Assembly (NCBI RefSeq): GCF_006345805.1
Contig: NW_021833834.1
Coordinates: 1 to 62,169 of the forward strand
Source: Octopus sinensis
Taxonomy: Eukaryota
Direction: 5' to 3'
DNA: 62,169 nucleotides
Under the pieces are notes generated by a model. It was not told the DNA's origin and made no database searches. It worked only from the letters and a program-made list of their open reading frames with translations. Positions 37,951-51,764 of this stretch are shown in pieces; the stretch's first letter is position 1; every line of letters begins with the position of its first letter. A program made the translations under genes and the position numbers.

Positions 37951-38320
37951 GTTTCTTTATTGGCCACACAGGGCTGCACACAGATGGGACAAGTTACAAG
38001 GTAGAGCTTTTCTTTTGGGGGATGAAAAAAACAAAAACAAAAGAAACAAAAAAAAGGTGGCGTAGGTTTTCGATCAAAAGGGATCGTAAAAGGGAAAAAA
38101 AGAACAAAAATAAAAAAAAGAAAAAAAAAAAAAAGAAAAAAGGAAAAGGAACAAAAGAAAAGAGAAATGAAAAAAGAAGAAAAAAGGGGGAAAAGTGTAA
38201 GAGGAAAAAAAAACGATCAATAGGGATCGTGTATCACAGTGTTATGATGTATGGTGTAAAGGAGAAAACAAGTAAGGTTTATCCGTGGGAAGAAAAGCCT
38301 ACGAAAAAGACCACGGTAAC
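37948..38320 (-). mobile_element. Probable 3' UTR/end of a non-LTR retrotransposon embedded in (GATA)n
   Basis: Minus strand: GGTTACCGTGGTCTTTTT.. T-rich tract ..CCCTGTGTGGCC AATAAA GAAACTT then (ATCT)n; GATA arrays on both sides (37870-37947, 38410-38515). Confidence 0.5.
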
Positions 38321-38410
38321 CTTGGTCAATATTGTTATATGTTACCACATTTGTTTGCAAGTGGGTAACCCTCTGTTTTCAATTTCTGGGTTCATAGGAT
38401 TATGCTCAAG

Positions 38411-38515
<105 letters not shown>

Positions 38516-38607
38516 TAGGTATATACATTGTTTATAAGGAATGAGAAAAGTACTCAATACATGATATGAAGTGTGATTGTATTTATTATGTTAATATCAT
38601 TTGCTGC

Positions 38608-38642
<35 letters not shown>

Positions 38643-38650
38643 TGTGTGTG

Positions 38651-38681
<31 letters not shown>

Positions 38682-38684
38682 TTA

Positions 38685-39230
38685 GGTGCAGTCGCGGCTG
38701 TGTGGTAATAAGTTTGCTTCCCAATTACATGGTCCTGGGTTCAGTCCCACTACGTGGCACTTTGAGCAAGTGTCTTTTATTGTATCCTCGGGTCGACCAA
38801 AGCCTTGTGATTTGGTTGAAGGAAACTCAAAGAAGCCCGTCGTATATGTATATATATATTTGTATGTGTACGTGTGTGTGTGTGTGCGTATTTACGTGAA
38901 TGTGTATTTGTTTGTCCCCCCGACATCGCTTGACAGCCGATGCTGGTGTGTTTATGTCACCGTAACCTAATGCTTCGGCAAAAGAAACTGATAGAATGAT
39001 TTTTTTCTCTCTCTTCCCGACTCTACACTTCCTCCAGACCAAGTTTGGCTTTTGACTGTGGTCATGCTGGAAAACCGCCTTAAAGGGTTTTAGCCGAAGA
39101 AATCGACCCCAGGATTTATTATTTGTGAGCCTGGCACTTATTCTATCACTCTCTTTTGCCGAAGCATTAGGTTACGGGGACATAAACACACCAACATCGG
39201 CTGTCAAGCGATGTTGGGGGGACAAACAAA
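38685..39230. mobile_element. SINE family A (+, 38685-38998) and a 3' half of family A (-, 39040-39230)
   Basis: Consensus matches in opposite orientations. Confidence 0.85.
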
Positions 39231-40236
39231 TACACATTCACAGACACATTCACTCGTTGCCTTGAAAAAGAATAAAAATATAGATATTATGTTTACTTGT
39301 TCATTTATATTTAGCCTTCTGATGGTGACTATGAATTTTTTTTTCCAATGCATTAAAAATAGAAAAATAAAAACAATTCATTTCTAAGGTTTATTGAACA
39401 AAGGTGCAAATTAGTATTAAAAGAAAAACTAAGCGTAAAAAGAAATTAAGAGAATGAAGAGTGTAAAACAGTTGGAAGGTTTAAATTTCACATGTTATAA
39501 TGTGAAGGAAGGTGCTGTAACTTACTATTACATAACTATTGTACATCAGGAACGAAAAGTCAAACTGATCTCCATTTCTGCTCAGTATCCTAGCTCTCCG
39601 TATACTTATTTTTTAAAGAGACATTTAATAAAGTATCCAGTTTTAATTTAAAAAATTAAAAATCAAACTGCTTTTTTATATAAATATCGACACTCTTGAC
39701 AACATAACCAAAAATTAGGGAAGACGTTTTCAATTTTGGGGGGTTATTTTTTCTTATAAAACAGTTACATGAAATTCGATTTAGGAATCCACTTCTAGTT
39801 TATTTAGCTGTAACATTTCTCAACTTCTCTGTTTTACTCAAAATGAGTTTCATTTTGTTGACATGGAATGAGGTAAAATATTTATTTACCTTGTTAATAA
39901 ATTTTTTATCATCCCCCTCTTAAGAGGTCTTTTTGAATTGATGCAAAACTTACATATCAACTTATAAGCTGAGAATGATTTTCTAAAACTTTAGACAATC
40001 ATTCAAATCTTTAAGGACGCTTTATTTTCTAAAGAGTCAATTCTTTAGTGGTTACTCACAGTTTCTCATGAGCTCTTAAAATATTTTATATTTGTGATTT
40101 TCAAATTAAAACTACTTCGTTAAGACAAAATATGTCGTTGAAATAAGCCACCTGAGCTCCCTTAGAAATCGAATATTACATCTTTGATCAATGAAGGTTG
40201 ATGATCTATAATCAATAATACATTTTTAAAAATAAT

Positions 40237-40427
40237 CTTTTCTATTAGATGCTCAAGGTCTGAAATTTTGCGGGAGGAGCCTAGTCGATAACATCGACCT
40301 CAGTACTCAACTGGTACCTAATTCATTGACTCCGAAAGGATAGAAGCTAAAGTCGATCTCGCCGAGTTTGAACAAAATGCCGCTATTTTGCCTGATATGC
40401 TAACGATTATGCCAGCTCGTCGCCTTA
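40237..40427 (-). mobile_element. SINE family B, degenerate
   Basis: CATCGACCTCAGTACTCAACTGGTAC..GCTAACGATTATGCCAGCTCGTCGCC. Confidence 0.8.
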
Positions 40428-41406
40428 TGGATCCAAAGCCATTTCATAACGTTTGAAACCCATCATGATTCACAATGTAAAAAATTGTCCATTCTTTGTG
40501 CAACTGAATAGACTTTCTGCTATTCAATAGATAGGGTTTTCTATAATTCATAAAGTTCCCACAATGAAGTTAAACTTCATAAAGTTAAAGCAGAGTTCAA
40601 AATTTAGGGCATACAGATAAAGCTCATTTGTGACGAATACAATGGTCCCACTCACAGCTTGGCGATACAACTCGGATTCTCTGAGGAAATCCATTGTGGA
40701 AAACTTCGCATTACTAGCAATCGTTTGCCACTCAGTTCGACTAGTTTTTCCCAGTTTAGTATTTGTTTACTAATGATAAAATCAACTCCTATGTTTGTTC
40801 TTCTTGAATGAGATTCACAAAACAAAATCTCCTTGAATTGAATTTTTGACAACATATCTCACAACACACGTCAAATTAGAATCATTGGAAATGTTTACTT
40901 TCGTCCATTTGTAATACAAGTTTGTCGTTCTGTATTCAAGATAAGCGAGGTCCATCTGTATTTTACGCCTTATCATCAATTTTTTCGGAGTGTTATAATT
41001 TTCAGTGCAAGGTGCATTAACTTATTTCCACTGTTATCTAGATAGAATGTTTCGATTACCAATTTCGATACATCATAAAAGATCAAAACTAAATTTTGGG
41101 TGTCTCTTTCTTTATTTCTTTTTCTTTTCATTTTTTTTTCTTTTCTTCTCTTTTTTAGATCGTAGTGTTATTTACGAAAAACCCCAAAATCCATTGGTTT
41201 CGTACTCAGGATGTTGGCTATCCATTTATCGCTTCAGTTCTGTTTGTTTCATCAGTTTCGTATATCTGGGTTTTTAATATTTTAATATTTAACAGGACGG
41301 TTATTGTAAGTATTTTCTAAGAAAAGCGGGTGTCCTAGAAACTGGTACTAGACTGCAAGACATGTTTAGGAAATGCTGGTGTAAACGCAACAAATCTATG
41401 TTGAAA

Positions 41407-41437
<31 letters not shown>

Positions 41438-42154
41438 GAAAAGAAGGAATGAGAAAAAAAGACAGAAAGGAAAACGGATCGACAACTAATAAACATTAAA
41501 AGAATGAGTGAAGACAAGAGAGAGGCTTAAATAAAAGATCACATAAGGAATATGTAGCTTGTATACTTATTTATATAAACCGTTGCACAAAAATGCGAGC
41601 ACCTGGTGCGAATCAGATTCATGTCTCCTTGATGTCGCTTCATTATTAATTACCGTTAAAGCGTGTCTCTTTAACGTGGTTTTCTTGTCATATTAGAGTC
41701 TCCATACCAGTATGCAGTATTTTGATTTCGATTCGATTATATTGTGAGGTCGCTGAAACAGACGGCATATTGACTGATTCATTTATGCCATTTTAAGGAA
41801 AACTATTTGTTGTTTACTTATCGTGTCGAAAGCAGCTCGGCAGTTTTAAATGCGATTTATTGAATGGCTAAGGTAGAAACTGAACAGTAATTGCATGCTT
41901 GCGTTTCAATTATGAGTACATTCTTGTATACTGGTTGTTGTATCTTGTAGAACAAATTCTTATGCGTAGTGTTGGTTTTCCCTTTCCTGAGGAGGTTGAA
42001 TGATGAATTAATTTTATTTTACCGTTCTTCAAATATCGAACTAGATTCTAACACGTAGAATCACTGAGAAGGAATTGGGGTTAGAATATAGGATATACGC
42101 AGTGGACAGAATGTTATTATAAAAATTTTGATTCTGATTTAGGTATAAGACTAG

Positions 42155-42388
42155 AAATTTGGAAAAGAAGAGGTTAGTTGATACAATTGGCCCCAGAACT
42201 GCTCTGGTACTCTATCTTATCTACCTCGGAGGGTTGAAAGGAAAAGTATGAAACTAGCCTCCAATTTGCTTAATTTGGAAAAGAAGAGGTTAGTTGATAC
42301 CATTGGTCCCAGAATTGCCCTGGTACTCTATCTTATCTATCTCGGAGGGTTGAATGGAAAAGTATGAAACTAGCCTCCAATTTGCTAC
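42155..42388 (-). repeat. Tandem duplication (~115 bp x2) of a degenerate SINE B segment
   Basis: AATTTGGAAAAGAAGAGGTTAGTTGATAC...GAAACTAGCCTCCAATTTGCT occurs twice, back to back. Confidence 0.85.
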
Positions 42389-42942
42389 GTGCTAGATGTA
42401 TGGTTGGATGTAAAAAAAAAACTATGTCTGTTCCAAGCAAAATTCAAATATAATATAATTTTATAATTATTTGTACATATTAATCTCCTTTGCAAGATGG
42501 GGAAAAACGAAAGGAATATAAAGAGATAAGATAATACTTTCTACTATAGGCACAAGGCCTGAAATTTTTGAAGAGGTGGGGAAGGAGGGGGATAGACGAT
42601 TACATCGATCCCAGTACCCAAATGGTGCATTTAGTTGAAAGATCGAAAACTGGTAACGTTTTGTTCATTGGACAGATGTCGACCTTCCACAATCTACCAT
42701 AGAGAGCGGCTGAAAGAAAAATCAATGCATACATGCTTTGCTAAGAACGCAGAATGCTATCTAGTTCCATCTACGAAAGAGTTGGAGATAGCCAAGTGAA
42801 ATAATCTTAACTGCGAGAAACAGCATATGGTGTTATATGCATCATCCTTAAAATAGAGGACGGGCTAAAGCGTAAATCCAAATAGTACAAAGTGGTTTTT
42901 GTGTCAAAGTTAGAAAGCATTAATTATTTATTCTTCCTTGAA

Positions 42943-43160
42943 GGCAGCGAGTTTGAAGAATCGTTAGCATGCCGGACAAATGCATAGCAGTATTTCGTTC
43001 GCCTTTATGTTCTGAATTCAAATGCCACTGATGTCGACTTTACCTTTCATCCTTTCGGGGGTCTATGAAATAGATACCAATTGAGAATTTGGGACGATGT
43101 AATCAACGCGCCCCCTTCCCAAAAATTTCAGGCCTTGTGCCCATAGTAGAGAGGCTTATT
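42943..43160 (+). mobile_element. SINE family B
   Basis: GGCAGCGAGTTTGAAGAATCGTTAGC..GTCGACTTTACCTTTCATCCTTTCGGGG..TTTCAGGCCTTGTGCCCATAGTAGA. Confidence 0.85.
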
Positions 43161-43912
43161 TTTTCTTCGTTTACTTTATATGCAAAAAATGGACAGTGCA
43201 GAACACTCTATGAATTAATATTTAGAAAGTATCATATAATACGCTAACCAGTATAGTTACACAATGTAAAAAAGCTGAAAAGTTGAGAAGTATATTATTT
43301 GTCTCGATCAAAAAGTATAAAGAATGGAAACGGCAAATTATGATTAATATAAAACAGCGGAAATACCTGTCTCTGCAGATGATGATGTTTTATCGAAAAA
43401 TGACATAGCAGGAAAAAAGCTTCCCACCAAACTCTCACGATAAGAGGTTTCTAGTTTACAAAGGATAAATAATCCAAAGTTAAAGTGATGAATGCTGAAG
43501 GAAAAGCCGAGATCATGAATAGAACTTTACAAGTATTTTCCGAAAAAAATTAAAAAATAATGGTGAAAATTTAGATGAAAACTTTCCGACTTTATCGAAC
43601 GGATACAAATTTGATTCTTCAAAAACAGACTGTCAGCGCTCTTTAGAACAATTTGTGATAGAATAAATGGTAAACATAGACTGGTGTCAGCGACATTTAA
43701 TGATTAATGAACATTAGTTATAAGACGATGGCGATTTCCAATCTTGCAAATATATTCGTTATTAGCTAAAGTATTGTATATTGCTTTCTTTGATCGGTGT
43801 GCATTTGCTTTTGTTTCCTTTTTCCGAAGAATAATTATATAGAAATATTCCTGATTTAGTGCATTCTCTATTATATGTATTATTGATTGTTTATTGGTTG
43901 TTGTGGTAAAGC

Positions 43913-43963
<51 letters not shown>

Positions 43964-44029
43964 AATACTTCGTGAATAGGAGAATGATTGTTAGATTTTT
44001 GTCAGAAATATATTACATCCATTGTCGCA

Positions 44030-44175
44030 AGCATGGCGGTGAGGTTAACAAGCTCACTTTGCAACTACGAGATTTCTACTTCAGTCCCACTATGAAGCAT
44101 CTTGGACAAATATCTTTTGCAATATCACAGGCCGACCAATGCCTTGTTAGTGAATTTGGTTGACGGAAACGGTGC
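44030..44175 (+). mobile_element. Old SINE family A-like head
   Basis: GCATGGCGGTGAGGTTAACAAGCTC..TTCAGTCCCACT..GGCCGACCAATGCCTTGTTAGTGAATTTGG. Confidence 0.7.
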
Positions 44176-44246
44176 GCAAGTCCGTAATGTAACTACATAC
44201 GTGCTGTTGGTGATTTCTTTTCTTTCTTTGAATTTTTCCCTTTCTT

Positions 44247-44281
44247 CTTTCCGACAGAGATCTATGCTCGAAACGTCAAAA
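44247..44281 (+). ncRNA. Degenerate family-3 hammerhead
   Basis: CTTT-CCGACAGA-GATCTATGCTC-GAAA-CGTC-AAAA; keeps A6 and the GUC triplet but stem II is broken. Confidence 0.45.
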
Positions 44282-44304
44282 ACTCTCCGGAAGTATTGTT
44301 TTCA

Positions 44305-44470
44305 GTCGTGTTTGTTTGTTTGATTGTTTGTTTGTTTGTCCGTCGACAAAATCTCTCAAGAACCGCCGGATGGTTTCGGATGAAACTTTCGTGCCTCGTA
44401 ACTGGCACGAACTGATTAGATTTTGGGATCGATCCGGTACCGGACAATGATTCTGGATTATTTTCTTTAC
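44305..44470 (+). mobile_element. Helentron/HINE-like non-autonomous element fragment
   Basis: (GTTT)n, then ATCTCTCAAGAACCGCCGGATGGTTTCGGATGAAACTT..TTAGATTTTGGGATCGATCCGGTACCGGA; this layout is typical of HINE/DINE-1-like elements. Confidence 0.55.
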
Positions 44471-45277
44471 CTTACATATATATGTAAAGTTTTACATAGT
44501 TCTCTTGTACACGCACACACATACACACTTCAAACGCCGTTTATCCGCTTTTTCACTCCTACCTTCGTTATTCATGTATCACCCCTTCCTTTCTCATCCA
44601 TACGATGCTCTCTTTGCTATTTATCTCCGCTACCTTCACCTCTCAGTCCGCCGATTGTCTGTGAAACTTGCATCATGACCGGCCCATCGTAGCTTAGCGT
44701 GATGGTATTCTGCGACGACTATCCAGTTCTATCAATGATCTCCTTGTTCCAGATATGATCTCTTAGCAAGTTTTCCAACATCGACCTTTCCATGGTTCTC
44801 TGGTATCTATGCCCCATACATGACACGCAATCCCAATTTTTTCGACCATCATTTTTGGGACTTATGAAGGAAAGCTTTATATTACTCAGAACGTACCAAA
44901 TAAGTACTAGCTGAAAAGTTTGAAAACAAGCATAGAAATTTAGAACAAACTTATACTTTGGACAGGCGAAAGGTTAAACTTATTACTTTCAAAGTTTTCT
45001 TTATATACTTTGGAAATGTAATACCGTTACAGAACTTCGTTACTTTGTCTTTCAGTGGTTCTTTCTTTTCCTTTCTTTCTTCTTTGCTTTATAATCCTTT
45101 TATATCTCTTTTAATATTTTATTAATCGCACACTTGGCATCTCTTGACATGTTCTGATAAGACATGATACGATGTGACACGGTGTGACACAGTTTGGCAG
45201 AATGCCATAATAATATATACGTTTTAAATTATGTGTGCACATGTGCAGATGCATATATATGTGTGTGTGTGTGTATG

Positions 45278-45326
<49 letters not shown>

Positions 45327-45329
45327 AGA

Positions 45330-45480
45330 ATTCACAAAAAAACAAAAGACAAAGACAGGTAGTGTAGACAATAAACAGAGGTATTAGTATAAGGCTCGGG
45401 AAGTGAAAAAAGTCTTTAACGTTTCGAGCCTATGCTCTTCCACAGAAAGGAATACGGAAAGAAACAAGGAGAGAAAAAAT
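45330..45480 (-). mobile_element. Family-3 hammerhead-bearing short repeat (motif 45414-45449)
   Basis: Reverse complement CTTT-CTGTGGA-A-GAGC(atag)GCTC-GAAA-CGT-T/AAAG. Confidence 0.75.
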
Positions 45481-45936
45481 ATATATATATATATAGTTTT
45501 ATTGAGCTGATGGGAACAACAGATCAATTTGTTGCGCTTATTAATTTGCCCTGACCTTCACCTGAAAATTATAGCTGCTTCCATAATACATAAATTGCAG
45601 CTAACGAGATTGAGTAATCAATATTCCTCACTTTGAGTTCCCAGAAATTTGACAATTGAAGTTCTCTGAGCTTTCTTTTTATTATATATAGATATACACA
45701 CACACATACCCAAATATACTCACGTACCTACACGTATATAAATATATGTATACATACATACATACATACATACATACATACATACATACATACATACATA
45801 CATACACCTGCGCACTTCAGGGCAAACAAATGCGAATAAATACAGTTTATTCGCATTTTATTTATAATAGAAAGTTTATTCCTTCGAAATTAATGCATGA
45901 TAAAAGAGTGGTATACGTGAATGTGAATGTGTGTAT

Positions 45937-45975
<39 letters not shown>

Positions 45976-46013
45976 ATATATATTTATGTACACACACACA
46001 CACACACACACAC

Positions 46014-46059
<46 letters not shown>

Positions 46060-46399
46060 CTCACAAACACGCACACATATCAGCAAACAAGGGAATACTG
46101 ATGACAGTATTACATTTATTTACCAGTTATGATCGTTTCGATAATTAGTGGAAATGTTATATCAACATGTGAGGTTATATCAATAAAAATGATTTATGTA
46201 AAACCATACAATATTAAATGAAATTTTTCACCAACCAACTCATCGGAATGAGCGTAAACGCTATATTAATGTACATAGGCAAATCGGTTGAATAAATATA
46301 ATGAGAAAGAGAGAGGGCTTATAATATCATAGTAATAAAGTAAAAAAGCAAGTTGTCACACTATCAGAGAAATACTCTAGGGGAGGAACTATGAAGACA

Positions 46400-46985
46400 A
46401 AGCATCATCTTAGTTTCAGTTGTTTGATCTATTGTGCATCGCCAGACCGGCTATCTGACAGATTTCTGGAACTAAAGATTATAAAGAGAAAATCGAGATA
46501 TAAATATGATTTGAACAAAGACAGATAATATAGATATAATACCGCCACTATAATTATGGCTAGATATTATGTGATCATTTAGAGTTGAAGTTAAATTATT
46601 GGCGAAGAAATAAAAGATTGGTTATACAGAAAAAAATGTAGCAGGATGTATTAAGATATAGAGGACATTTTAAACTGAATCATCCCTGATAAATTTGGAG
46701 TAACACAAAGAATATGAACGTTAGTTATAACTCTATAAAAATTAGATAAATTAGCTGAATGGGATTTTCAAGAAAGTTTTATTGAGTTGATGAAAACAAC
46801 GGATTAATAATTTGTTGCGCTTATTAATTTACCCTGACCTACACCTGAAAATTATAGATTCGTCCTTAGTACATAAATTGCAGCTAACTCCACATCTCTA
46901 TACGAGATTGAGCAATCAATACTCCTCACTTTGAGTTCCCAGAAATTTGACAGTTGAAGTGCTCCGAGCTTTCTTTTTTATTATT
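46400..46985 (+). mobile_element. Highly decayed PLE reverse-transcriptase remnant; its 3' ~200 bp also occur at 45495-45685
   Basis: Traces of ATIIMAR (motif B') and RY.DDIF-like (AGATATAGAGGACATTTT) across frameshifts. Confidence 0.4.
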
Positions 46986-47289
46986 AAAAGCATCTATATG
47001 ATGATATAATTTAAATTTGAATTTAGATGCCATGGCATCAATGTAATAGAAAAATTTATCAGGTATTTTAACAGAAAATTTATGCACTAAGTAACTTCTA
47101 AAGCATTAGTTATTTAAAGGACATTTATTGTTATCCTTTCAGTCACACATATTATTAGGTTTTTGTTGATATTACTGAGGAGGACCCCTTCAATAGTAGT
47201 ATTATCTATACCAGGTATATATTACGTCTAGAAAATCTAGAATTGCTTAACTACATGAAAAATTAAAGGTATGTTCTCTGTTACTAATA

Positions 47290-47540
47290 TTTTTTCATTC
47301 ACTATTGTTAAAAGCTGCAATATTACCATCTAAATTAGATGTAGTAGAATATGCAAACCTTACCGTATACATGTTAAACTTTTTACAATACTTACTCAAG
47401 AGAAATGCATTTCCAAATCCTTTAAGAAAATTGCAGATAATTTCCGAGCCTACGTTAATTCCAAAGAGGGTGGTAGACCGTTTAATATTTCTCTTACATA
47501 ATCCCTTTCTACTAGTTTTATGGTTTTTGAGAGAGCTGTG
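47290..47540 (-). mobile_element. Decayed PLE thumb/linker remnant
   Basis: KRNIKRSTTLFGINVGSEIICNFLKGFGNAF..SKYCKKFNMYTVRFAYSTTSNLDGNIAAFNN resembles the PLE motif KRNIIWFNPPFS.NV.TNVG..FL.L..KHFP..H.L.KIFN.NT.K.SYSC..N...II..HN. Confidence 0.6.
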
Positions 47541-48019
47541 GCAAATTCTAGGTATACTCATGTGCATTTTAGACGCGTATTAGAATTGTTTTTATTTTAT
47601 TTTGTTTTCTGTGTAATCTATATATTTCGCTACATTTTATTTTAATTAATATTTAGTTAATATTTTATTTCATTTCATTTTATAGTTCAGTTTAATAAAT
47701 ATTTTATTTAACTATGTTAAACTATTTATTTCAGCATATATTTCATATTACTTTAATTATGTTTCATTATATTTTTATAGTATTTTTATTATTCTATTTG
47801 ATCTTGTGTTCTCTATTTACTTTTAATCATTTCTTGGATAGAAGCTGGTCTCAGTTTGCTACGTACTAGAAGTACGGTTGAGTGGAAAAAAAAAATTAAA
47901 GAATTAGTGTCTACTCCAAGCAGTATTCGAAAAAATATAATTTGATAATTATTATTTGTACAGATTAATCCACTTTGCCAGGCAAGGGGAAACGAAAGGA
48001 ATATAAAGAGATAAAAAAA

Positions 48020-48350
48020 TAATACTTTCTACTATAGACACATGGCCTGAAACTTTGAGGGAGAGAGGTTGTAGATTATATCTGTTTCTTTATTACTCAC
48101 AAGGGGCTAAACATAGAGGGGACAAACAAGGACAGACAAACGGATTAAGTCGATTACATCGATCCCAGTGTGTAACTGGTACTTAATTTATCGACCCCGA
48201 AATGATGAAAGGTGAAGTCGACCTCGAGGGAATTTGAACTGCAGTACCCAAACGGTACTTATTTTATCAACTCCGTAAGGATGGAAGGCAAAGTCGACCT
48301 GAGCGAAATTTGAACTCTGAACGTAAATGCCACAAAGCATTCTGCCAGGG
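48020..48350 (-). mobile_element. Composite/nested SINE family B
   Basis: The family B body occurs twice, with the GACAAACAAGGACAGACAAACGGATT segment. Confidence 0.8.
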
Positions 48351-48699
48351 GTGTGTAATTTGATATCTTACACAAGCACAAGGCTGCAACTTAATAGACG
48401 ATGAACAAAATCGATCGAATCACATTATGTAGATGATCGGTATTAAAATCAATGAGTCACGATTAGATGAGACGGGAAGACTTACCTGAGGGAATTTTTT
48501 CAATACAGAGCGTAAAGACGCGGAAGCGAATACTGAAAAATCACTTAGAGCAGCATTCTACTTCTTCTCCTGCTACTTACTCACTTACAACAGTTGTCTT
48601 GATAACACGAACAATAATAACACCAATAATGACAGTAACTATAATTAAAGTGTCAATAATTTTGAAAGAATGGAACATAAAATCCGTAGCTTCACATCA

Positions 48700-49162
48700 C
48701 TAACGCAACCATCGGTGCCATCAACCAACACCGACGACACCGACGACACCGACACCGCCATCATCAGCAGCAACAGAACCACTAACAACCATCGTAATAA
48801 AATAAAGCAAAAAAAAAAAAATATTGACAATGAAAAGCTGCAACGAGAAAAAGAACTTTAAAAAAGAAAATAATTACCTCCACCTATATATCGCTACAAA
48901 AATCACCAGCAGCACCATCAACACCCTCATCACCATCATCACCATCATCACCATCATCACTATCATCACCATCATCATCATCATCATCATCATCATCACC
49001 ATCATCATCACCATCATCATCACCATCATCATCATCACCACCACCACAACCATCGTCATCATCATCATCACCATCATCACCATCATCACTATCATCACCA
49101 TCATCATCATCATCACCACCATCATCTTCACCATCATCATCACCATCATCATCTTCATCGTC

Positions 49163-49194
<32 letters not shown>

Positions 49195-50120
49195 CATCAC
49201 CACCACCAGCATCATCATCATCACCATCATCACTATCATCATCACCATCATCATCATCATCATCACCATCATCATCATCATTACCATCATTACCATCATC
49301 ATCATCACCATTATCATCATCATCATCATCACCACCACCATCATCATCATCATCATCACCATCATTATCATCATCATCACCATTATCATCATCACCACCA
49401 TCATCCCCATCATCATCATCATCATCATCATCATCATTATCGTCATCATCGTTGTCGTCGTCGTCACTGCCGCCGTCGCTGTCACTGTCGTCATTACCTT
49501 CGTCGTCATGGCCGTCGTTTTTGCGGTTGTCCTCATCGGCGTTCAAAGTGGTACCACCACCACGACTGTCATCATCATCATCATCATCAACATCATCATC
49601 ATCATCAACATCATCATCATCAACATCATCATCATCAACATCATCATGATCATCATCATCACCAACAACAGTACTTCAAATAATATTTGCTATTCCTACA
49701 ATCAACACGAATCACTAAAGTTACCTAAAAAACCTACTACTACTACTACTACTACTACTAATACTACTACTACTACCACCTACCGATTCTGTTTCTACCG
49801 TTGATGCTGCTGCTGCTGCTGCTACTACTATTATTACTACTGTCTGTTGTTGTTGTTGCTGCTGCTGCTGCACTGCTATTACTGCAATAAGATTAACAGA
49901 AACTGATGTTACGATTTTAACAATTATAACAGTAACTACAACAACAAACCACGACAACAACATCAACAATAACATCTATAACATGTAGTCACTGCTGCAA
50001 CAACAACAACAATAATAATAATGATAATAACAAAACTATCATTTCAAGACAACAAACAGTCGAAACTCCAACAACAGCAACAATGCCAACAACAACAACA
50101 ACAACAACAACAACGGCAAC
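48700..50120. repeat. Compound trinucleotide arrays (CAT/CAC/CGT, CTA, CTG, CAA)
   Basis: Directly visible; source of the 326-aa poly-I and 220-aa poly-D/M ORFs. Confidence 0.95.
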
Positions 50121-50214
50121 TAAAATGCTAACAGGTCGTAAATTTAATGTAAATTCTGCAGATAACGACGACTAATGCTAATTTGTTTTTATTCGCTTAC
50201 TGAACAATGTCCTC

Positions 50215-50233
50215 AGACGCCATCTGGTGGCCA
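50215..50233 (-). promoter_or_regulatory. Candidate CTCF-binding site
   Basis: Minus strand TGGCCACCAGATGGCGTCT closely matches the bilaterian CTCF core CCASYAGRKGGCRS, in unique sequence between microsatellite fields. Confidence 0.55.
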
Positions 50234-50454
50234 ATGTTTATAAAGTGTCGGTCAAACAATGGCGGCAGTGGACGGCATTAAAAGGCATTTCAGTAGGAAT
50301 TCTGCCTTTGGACGATTCCAAAGACGCCAATTAGCTGCATTAAGACAGTGAATTGCCGACAGAAAGACTAATGTATAGCCAATTGCTGCGATAATTATAG
50401 GATTAGAATGTTCTGGAATTTGGCTACGTCAGTTCGATGATTTCCCGTCTGTCT

Positions 50455-50503
50455 TATATATATATATACATATATACATATATATATATACATATATATA
50501 TAC

Positions 50504-50593
<90 letters not shown>

Positions 50594-50857
50594 GTGTGTG
50601 TGTGTATCTGTATATATGTACGTACATATATATGCATGGTATGTATGCATTTCTATGTGTATGTATGTATCGGTATGTGTAGGCCCATGAGTGTGTACAT
50701 ACATCAACGAATGTGTAGTTTCGTAATTATGTATGTCCATGCATGAGTCCATGTATGCACAAGTATGTGTGCGTGTGCGCGCATTTGTGTGTGCATGTAG
50801 TCTCCGAATGTGTATATATATAACAATTAATATCACAATTCATCTCACTCGCGCTTT

Positions 50858-50924
<67 letters not shown>

Positions 50925-51057
50925 ATATATGTATATATGTATATATATGTATATATATATATATATATAGTATATATATGTATGTATGTATATATATGTA
51001 TATATATAGATATATATGTATGTATTATATATATGTATATATATATATATATATATA

Positions 51058-51107
<50 letters not shown>

Positions 51108-51142
51108 ATATATATATATATAATTATATATATATATATGTA

Positions 51143-51173
<31 letters not shown>

Positions 51174-51230
51174 ATGTAAATATATATATATATATATTAT
51201 ATATATATATGTATGTATATATAATATATG

Positions 51231-51264
<34 letters not shown>

Positions 51265-51271
51265 ATGTATG

Positions 51272-51311
<40 letters not shown>

Positions 51312-51357
51312 TATGTATGTATATATATATATATGTATGTATATATATATGTATATA

Positions 51358-51390
<33 letters not shown>

Positions 51391-51700
51391 ATATATATAT
51401 GTGTGTGTATGTGTGTGTGTCTGTGTGTATGCACATGCATATACATCAATTCATAAATACAAATATATATATATATGTACATATATACTTATGTGTGTAC
51501 ATATACAGGGTGAGGAGAGAAAACAGAGAAAAAGAGGGAGAGGAAAGAAAGAGAGGAGAGAAAGAGAGCGAGGACGACAGACGTATTCTTATATACTTAG
51601 AAAACTATTCGGTTATAGGCATATATAAATACTTTTATAGATAAGTAAATAATGCCATGCACATACTATGTATGTGTGTGTGCATGAATACATATACATA

Positions 51701-51764
<64 letters not shown>

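Noticed and set aside
40652-40855. Exon or APE-endonuclease fragment
   Set aside because: GTGAGT donor present but no usable acceptor in the open frame; similarity to LINE endonuclease (GVDFIISK) too weak to call.
47305-47583. Host exon (plus-strand 92-aa ORF with splice-like flanks)
   Set aside because: The minus-strand frame matches a PLE thumb/linker motif, which explains the open frames.
48824-49804. 326-aa poly-Ile ORF and antisense 220-aa poly-Asp/Met ORFs
   Set aside because: CAT/CAC repeat is open in several frames at once, as expected for a stop-free triplet repeat.
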